A stretch of DNA of 64,000 bases from Bdellovibrionales bacterium (lineage in GTDB: Bacteria > Bdellovibrionota > Bdellovibrionia > Bdellovibrionales > UBA1609): the NCBI GenBank assembly GCA_965205945.1, contig CBDBIB010000001.1, forward strand, positions 416,001 through 480,000, in the 5' to 3' direction. This document shows positions 58,922 to 64,000 of the stretch, piece by piece; positions within the stretch are counted from its first letter, which is position 1; every line of letters begins with the position of its first letter. Made by a program: the position numbers and the translations under genes. Under the pieces are notes generated by a model. That model did no database searches, was not told the origin of the DNA, and was given only the letters and a program-made list of their open reading frames with translations.

Positions 58922-60250
58922 CTACCTTTGTGTGTCTACTTCTATGCCGTAAGCTTTTATTTTTCTATGAAGATAACTTCTCTCCAAACCAATTGCCTCT
59001 GATGTTTTAGATATATTACCACCATTTTCTGCTATCTTAGTAAGTAAGTAATTTTTTTCAAACTCCGCCCTAGCCTCTCGAAAATTCCCATAACCATTAA
59101 AACCCTGAATTCCAGAAGGACTGATTCCTGCATATTTGACATCATAAATATCAAATTTTTCACTAATTGAAAGAATATGTACTCTTTCCACAAAGTTTTT
59201 TAACTCTAGAATATTACCTTCCCAATCATGAGTTTTAAGGAGTTTTAAAGCGTCCTCATAAAACACTCTAGTCTTCACTCCTGATTTACGGCAATACTCT
59301 TGAGAAAAGTACTCTACAAGTATTGGAATATCTTCTTTACGCTCTCTAAGAGGCTTCACCTTTAAAGACAATGTAGATAGTCGACCATAAAGATCTTCTC
59401 TAAACTTGCCCTCTTTAACCAATTTATTTAAATCTATAGTTGTTGATGTTACAATTCGCACATTATATAAACGATTGACTTCTTTTTTTCGCAAAATATC
59501 TGATAGCTTTTCTTGAGCTTCTTGATCCAATTTCTCTATATTTTTAATAAATAAAGTTCCGTTCTGAGCGGCCTGGAAAAATCCAATATTTTTATCTTTA
59601 GCCCCTAAAAGCTCTATAGAATGAAGCCCTTCTGGCAACGAACTACAATTTACTGTTACAAAAGGAAAACCTGCTCGTTTACTCACATAGTGAATATTTT
59701 TAGCAATAAGACTTTTACCCACACCCTCCTCACCTTGTAATAAATATGTTGATTGGGTAGCTCCAAATCTCATCACTAAGGATTTAATCTGCTGTATATG
59801 AATGCTTTCTCCAGCAATTACAAAACTTTCTCTAAGTTGATTTAAAAGACTTATCTTTTCATTTTCTTGCATAGAATACGACACAATATTTTTAATTGAT
59901 ATAAGAACCTTTTCCATGGAAATTGGTTTCTCCACAAAGTCCCATGCTCCAAGCTTTACAGCCTTTACCGCAGTATCAATTGTTCCATGCCCTGACATCA
60001 CCACAACTTTAGGGGTTTTTGTTAAAGATTTCATTTCTTCTAACACGCCCAGGCCATCAAAATCACCAGGCATCCATACATCTAAAAGCATCACCTTTGG
60101 TTTAAACTGGCGAAGAGCTTTTAATGCTGAAACTCCATCATGAGCAGTCCTCACTTCACACCCCTCATCTTGAAGAGACGCTGCTAATATTTCACAAATT
60201 GTAACCTCATCATCGACAATTAGTATTTTTTGATTTTTTAAATCTACCAT
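58922..60250 (-). CDS. ntrX: NtrX-like response regulator (REC-AAA+-HTH)
   Basis: VDDE, LLDVWMP, MSGHGTI.TAV.A.K.GA and LERSYLHRK; downstream of an NtrY-like kinase. Confidence 0.8.
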   Translation of the reverse strand: MVDLKNQKILIVDDEVTICEILAASLQDEGCEVRTAHDGVSALKALRQFKPKVMLLDVWMPGDFDGLGVLEEMKSLTKTPKVVVMSGHGTIDTAVKAVKLGAWDFVEKPISMEKVLISIKNIVSYSMQENEKISLLNQLRESFVIAGESIHIQQIKSLVMRFGATQSTYLLQGEEGVGKSLIAKNIHYVSKRAGFPFVTVNCSSLPEGLHSIELLGAKDKNIGFFQAAQNGTLFIKNIEKLDQEAQEKLSDILRKKEVNRLYNVRIVTSTTIDLNKLVKEGKFREDLYGRLSTLSLKVKPLRERKEDIPILVEYFSQEYCRKSGVKTRVFYEDALKLLKTHDWEGNILELKNFVERVHILSISEKFDIYDVKYAGISPSGIQGFNGYGNFREARAEFEKNYLLTKIAENGGNISKTSEAIGLERSYLHRKIKAYGIEVDTQR

Positions 60251-60312
60251 CTTATTTCCTCACACACTTTTTAAAACTCAATTCTAACTGTTTACTTTAA
60301 TTAACCCTGTAA

Positions 60313-62460
60313 CTACCTTTGCGCTGATATTTCTATTAAAAATACTGAGGAATTTATTTTTCCTTTTACAATGGATATCCGTCCACCATGATCCTCAATT
60401 ATTTTACGTGCAATTGGCAACCCTAAGCCACTACCATTTTTTTTTGTTGTATAACTGGCTTTAAAAACATTAGACCATTTCTCCACTGAAACTCCTGGGC
60501 CTGAATCATAAAATTTAACAACTACAACCTGACCAGAGGAAGAATACGAAGCATCAATATAAATCACTTTATTATCTACCTGCTTCATCGCCTCTAAGGA
60601 GTTTTCAATTAAATTAATAAATACCCTTTTCATTTGATCTCGGTCTAAAATAACTCGATCCATTTTAGAAACACCTACATCAAAAACAATATCTAAATGA
60701 GAAGACTTATACACAGAAACCAATTCTAATATAAACTCTGAAAAATCTACACTAATAGGATTAAGTTTTGGAAATCTTGCAAACTGATTAAATTCATTCA
60801 CTAAACCCTTTATAAGATCCACATGGGAAATAATAGTCTTAGTACACTCTTTAAAAACTGGGTCAATAATTTTATCACCAAACTTCTTCTGTAATCGCTC
60901 TGCTGCAAGCTTTACTGGCGTGAGTGGATTTTTAATTTCATGAGCAACCCTTGTAGCAACCTCTTTCCATGCTTTAACTCTTTGATTTTCTCTAAGAAGC
61001 CCTACTTTTTCTAAAGTAATAATGTAACCAATCTGCCCCCCATCTAAGCCATGAAGGGTTGAGATACTCACTTGAAGAGGCAGCACAGAGTCTTTTGTTA
61101 AAAAAATATCTACCTCATGAACCTGAACATCATCTTCAACTCCTGAGTATGATATTACAAGATCATAAATTTCTTTTGGAAAAACTTTACTGAGTCCTTT
61201 GCCCTGAACTCCTTTTCTTGTAACAGGAAACAGCCTCTGCGTTCTTTTATTAATCAATGTGACCTTGTAATTATTGTCACAGGAAATCACACCTGAACTA
61301 ATTTGTGACAAAAGTGTATTCATATATATAGAATGTTGATTAAGATCATTAATCGATTTGTTTAGATTACCTCTAGTGGTTTTTAACTGCTCTATCATTA
61401 AGTTAAAATTGTCCACAAGCTCATTTATTTCATCCATGCCTGTTTTAAATTTAATGGGGTTAAAATCTCCTCTAGAAATTCTTTTAGTGGCATACCCTAA
61501 AGCAAAAAGAGATTTTAAAAGAGATTGGGCTAAGTATAGACTAAACCAACCACCAAAGGCTAAAATTACTAAAGTCATTGTTACCAGAATAAACAAATAC
61601 ATTGTTTTTAAGGGAATTTTAAACTCTTTTGTTGACTGAAAGTCTGTACGAGCTACAGCAATGGCCTCCATGGTATCAATCAATGTAAACGGTAGGATTT
61701 TAGAAACCACTAATATAAGTTCTTGCTCCACATCTACAGTTATTGAACTTAACCATTCTCCTTGCTCAGTTTTTCTAGATATACTTTTAATTTTATTTAC
61801 TTTTATTAACTTTCTAACTTTTTCCCATGAAAGAGACGGCAGGTAAAAGCCTTGTTTTTCTTTATATATCTCTTCTATGCGAATCTTACTTTTAGGAAGA
61901 TAAACCTCTAAGGCATCCACTCCATAAATATTCATTTTATTTGATAAAAATTTTGCAATATCCTTATTTTTTTTTAAATCAAGATCCCTGGCAATACCTT
62001 TTGCTATATAAAAAGAACCATTTCTCATTTCAGAAATATATTGATCTGCTAAATTAGAAGATTTTTTAATAGTTTCTTCTGTTCTATTTGCAAACCATCG
62101 ATCAAAACTATTATTGATATAAAAAACAGAAACCACAAACATCAAACATGTAGGAATAAACGCAAAACTGATAAAAGCTAGAAATAATCTTGTTTTTAGT
62201 GTTTTTCCAATCATTCGAGGTTTTGAATCTGCATAAATTTTAACAAGATTTTTCCCTAAAAAGAAAATAATAGCTAAAAAAACCAAAACATTAAGATTAA
62301 TAAGACCAAAGAAAAACAATGCATAAGAGATCGGCAGGTCTCCACTTACATTATAAAACCTAAAAAGTATCCAATTTAAAACAATAAAAAAAAGGCTTAG
62401 TGGGATTAACGCCCATATTTCAAGCCTTCTTTGTTTAACTTCTGCATCAAAATCTCTCAT
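60313..62460 (-). CDS. ntrY: NtrY-like sensor histidine kinase (TM, HAMP, PAS, HisKA, HATPase)
   Basis: AWKEVATRVAHEIKNPLTP, DSGPG and GSGLGL. Confidence 0.85.
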   Translation of the reverse strand: MRDFDAEVKQRRLEIWALIPLSLFFIVLNWILFRFYNVSGDLPISYALFFFGLINLNVLVFLAIIFFLGKNLVKIYADSKPRMIGKTLKTRLFLAFISFAFIPTCLMFVVSVFYINNSFDRWFANRTEETIKKSSNLADQYISEMRNGSFYIAKGIARDLDLKKNKDIAKFLSNKMNIYGVDALEVYLPKSKIRIEEIYKEKQGFYLPSLSWEKVRKLIKVNKIKSISRKTEQGEWLSSITVDVEQELILVVSKILPFTLIDTMEAIAVARTDFQSTKEFKIPLKTMYLFILVTMTLVILAFGGWFSLYLAQSLLKSLFALGYATKRISRGDFNPIKFKTGMDEINELVDNFNLMIEQLKTTRGNLNKSINDLNQHSIYMNTLLSQISSGVISCDNNYKVTLINKRTQRLFPVTRKGVQGKGLSKVFPKEIYDLVISYSGVEDDVQVHEVDIFLTKDSVLPLQVSISTLHGLDGGQIGYIITLEKVGLLRENQRVKAWKEVATRVAHEIKNPLTPVKLAAERLQKKFGDKIIDPVFKECTKTIISHVDLIKGLVNEFNQFARFPKLNPISVDFSEFILELVSVYKSSHLDIVFDVGVSKMDRVILDRDQMKRVFINLIENSLEAMKQVDNKVIYIDASYSSSGQVVVVKFYDSGPGVSVEKWSNVFKASYTTKKNGSGLGLPIARKIIEDHGGRISIVKGKINSSVFLIEISAQR

Positions 62461-62464
62461 TTTT

Positions 62465-62884
62465 TTATTTTAATGCTTCTAAGGTGTCTAAAAGTCCTAA
62501 AGCAACCTCACTACCTTTGTTTCCCTTTTTACCCCAAATGCGGTCAAAAAGTTGCTTATGCGTACTCACCGTTAAAACTCCAAACTGAACAGGCTTTAAT
62601 GTCTCTAGTCCAACTTGTAAGCAGCCCCTTGCCGCTCCAGCACAAACATAGTCATAATGATTAGTTTCTCCACGAATAACAACTCCATAGCAAAGAACTC
62701 CATTAACTTTGTGATTTAAAATTAAATTCTTAGCCACTATAGGAAGTTCAAGGGCTCCAGGAACAGATTTTAGAATTATATCTTTTTTAAATACACCTTT
62801 GTCTAAAAGAACTTTAATAGCCCCATCTCTTAGTGCTCGTGTATATCTAGAATTAAATTCTGCTGTAACTATACCAATTTTCAT
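62465..62884 (-). CDS. ribH: 6,7-dimethyl-8-ribityllumazine synthase
   Basis: VPGALELP, GVVIRGETNHYDYV, FGVLT and NKG.E.A. Confidence 0.95.
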   Translation of the reverse strand: MKIGIVTAEFNSRYTRALRDGAIKVLLDKGVFKKDIILKSVPGALELPIVAKNLILNHKVNGVLCYGVVIRGETNHYDYVCAGAARGCLQVGLETLKPVQFGVLTVSTHKQLFDRIWGKKGNKGSEVALGLLDTLEALK

Positions 62885-62886
62885 GT

Positions 62887-63960
62887 TTATTTATCTCTAC
62901 TTAAAAACTGCTTAAAAGAAATGATCCCTTTAACTTTAACTCCAAAAGCTGTTAGACCTGCTAACTTTTTTTCAGAGTTTGTAACTAAAATTAAATTTTC
63001 AGCTCCAAGTTTTTTAAGAATTTGAGCACCAATACCAAATTCTTTAAAATCTCTTTTCACTTCAGAATTAACAAAAAAAACCACATTCCTTAAAACTAAT
63101 AAAACACCCTTTCCTTTTTCTTTAGAAAATTTTAAAAAATTATTAAGAGCACTTTTATTCTCTCCTCTTAATAAATCCTTAGGGCCTCTATCTAAATGAA
63201 CTCTAACAGGAACCTTATCTAATGGGCTCCACTCACCAACAACTATTGCATAATGTATCTGGTTATTTACTAAGTCCTTAAAGTAATGAACTTTTAAGCC
63301 CTTAATCTCATCAAACTCAAATTCTTCTGAATAAAGTTCTTCAATATAACTTTCATTATTAAGCCTATATTCTGTTAAAGCTTGAATTGATCCAATTTTT
63401 AAACTGTGTTTTTTAGCAAATTTAACAAGTTCTTGGTAGCGAGCCATAGTTCCATCATCATTCATCACTTCACATATCACAGCACTTTGTTTAAGCCCTG
63501 CAAGTTTCATCAAATCAACACTTCCTTCAGTATGTCCTGATCTTTGTAAAACTCCACCTAGTTTTGCTTTAATGGGAAAAATATGCCCTGGAGTAATAAT
63601 AGACTGTGGAGTTGCAGCTGGATCTGAAGCCACTCGTATTGTAAGAGCTCTATCTGATGCAGAAATCCCTGTTGAAATTCCCTCTCTTGCTTCAATACTT
63701 ACTGTGAATGCTGTTTTATTTGGTGAATAGTTTTGGTTTTCACCCACCATTAATGAAAGTCCAAGCCTATCACTTTGTTCTGGAGACATAGCTAGACAAA
63801 CTAAGCCTCTAGCTTCTTTAATCATAAAGTTAATATGTTGTGCTGTTGCGTACTCACCGGCTAAAACAAGATCACCCTCGTTTTCACGATCTTCATCATC
63901 AATTAATAAAACCATTTTCCCAGTTTTAAGGTCTTTTACTAATTCTTCTACAGTATGCAA
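62887..63960 (-). CDS. ribB: DHBP synthase fused to a degenerate GTP cyclohydrolase II domain (RibBX type)
   Basis: DDEDRENEGD, PGHIFP and GHTEGSVDL; C-terminal domain has VRVH but no zinc-binding cysteines; TTG start with GAGGAG RBS. Confidence 0.9.
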   Translation of the reverse strand: MHTVEELVKDLKTGKMVLLIDDEDRENEGDLVLAGEYATAQHINFMIKEARGLVCLAMSPEQSDRLGLSLMVGENQNYSPNKTAFTVSIEAREGISTGISASDRALTIRVASDPAATPQSIITPGHIFPIKAKLGGVLQRSGHTEGSVDLMKLAGLKQSAVICEVMNDDGTMARYQELVKFAKKHSLKIGSIQALTEYRLNNESYIEELYSEEFEFDEIKGLKVHYFKDLVNNQIHYAIVVGEWSPLDKVPVRVHLDRGPKDLLRGENKSALNNFLKFSKEKGKGVLLVLRNVVFFVNSEVKRDFKEFGIGAQILKKLGAENLILVTNSEKKLAGLTAFGVKVKGIISFKQFLSRDK

Positions 63961-63961
63961 T

Positions 63962-64000
63962 TTAAGAACTCCTCATATTAGAAGCGTGAATAACACCTTT
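63962..64000 (-). CDS. 3' end of an upstream gene, probably riboflavin synthase (partial)
   Basis: Open frame KGVIHASNMRSS* ending 1 nt before ribB; identity inferred from operon position only. Confidence 0.35.
   Translation of the reverse strand, partial: KGVIHASNMRSS

Noticed and set aside
2966..62664. Short antisense or alternative-frame ORFs in the track (e.g. 2966-3223, 4715-5020, 6637-6834, 11282-11530, 13315-13674, 41394-41771, 46165-46554, 48214-48582, 53854-54201, 61358-61639, 62431-62664)
   Set aside because: They overlap well-supported genes and show no motifs, so they are treated as shadow ORFs.
1..64000. CRISPR arrays, tRNA/rRNA genes, prophage or known anti-phage defence genes
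   Set aside because: No regularly spaced repeats, cloverleaf or rRNA-like segments, or phage/defence motifs were recognised by eye. A covariance-model scan was not possible.

Overview
AT-rich bacterial chromosomal segment (about 30% GC by eye, not computed). It is most likely Bdellovibrionota, inferred from a Bd0055-type histone, ileS-lspA-lgt, short EF-Ts, ntrYX and an rpsB-tsf-pyrH-frr-uppS-cdsA-rseP block without dxr. Most of the window is housekeeping (fumC, dinB, ileS, priA, ligA, proS, pyrF, rib genes), plus a peptidoglycan-recycling cluster (amgK, murU, anmK, peptide ABC permeases, nagZ). The best candidate for an uncharacterised system is the tightly packed cluster at 1-7457. Three different proteins there each carry their own Rieske [2Fe-2S] domain: a pyruvate-oxidase-like ThDP enzyme, an MsrQ-like membrane cytochrome b and a glutamate-synthase-type FMN domain. 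They sit with an ATP-grasp protein, an exported YHS protein and a Cys/His membrane-anchored protein. Other notable items: a metal-uptake operon with no ATPase gene, bracketed by two inverted IS982 relics; a collapsed IS982 end-to-end scar next to an IS1595 pseudogene; a GcvH-like protein without the lipoyl lysine; an uncalled 43-aa basic protein; an orphan FG-GAP repeat; several apparently leaderless genes; and degenerate NtrX and RibA domains. No rRNA, tRNA or CRISPR array was seen.
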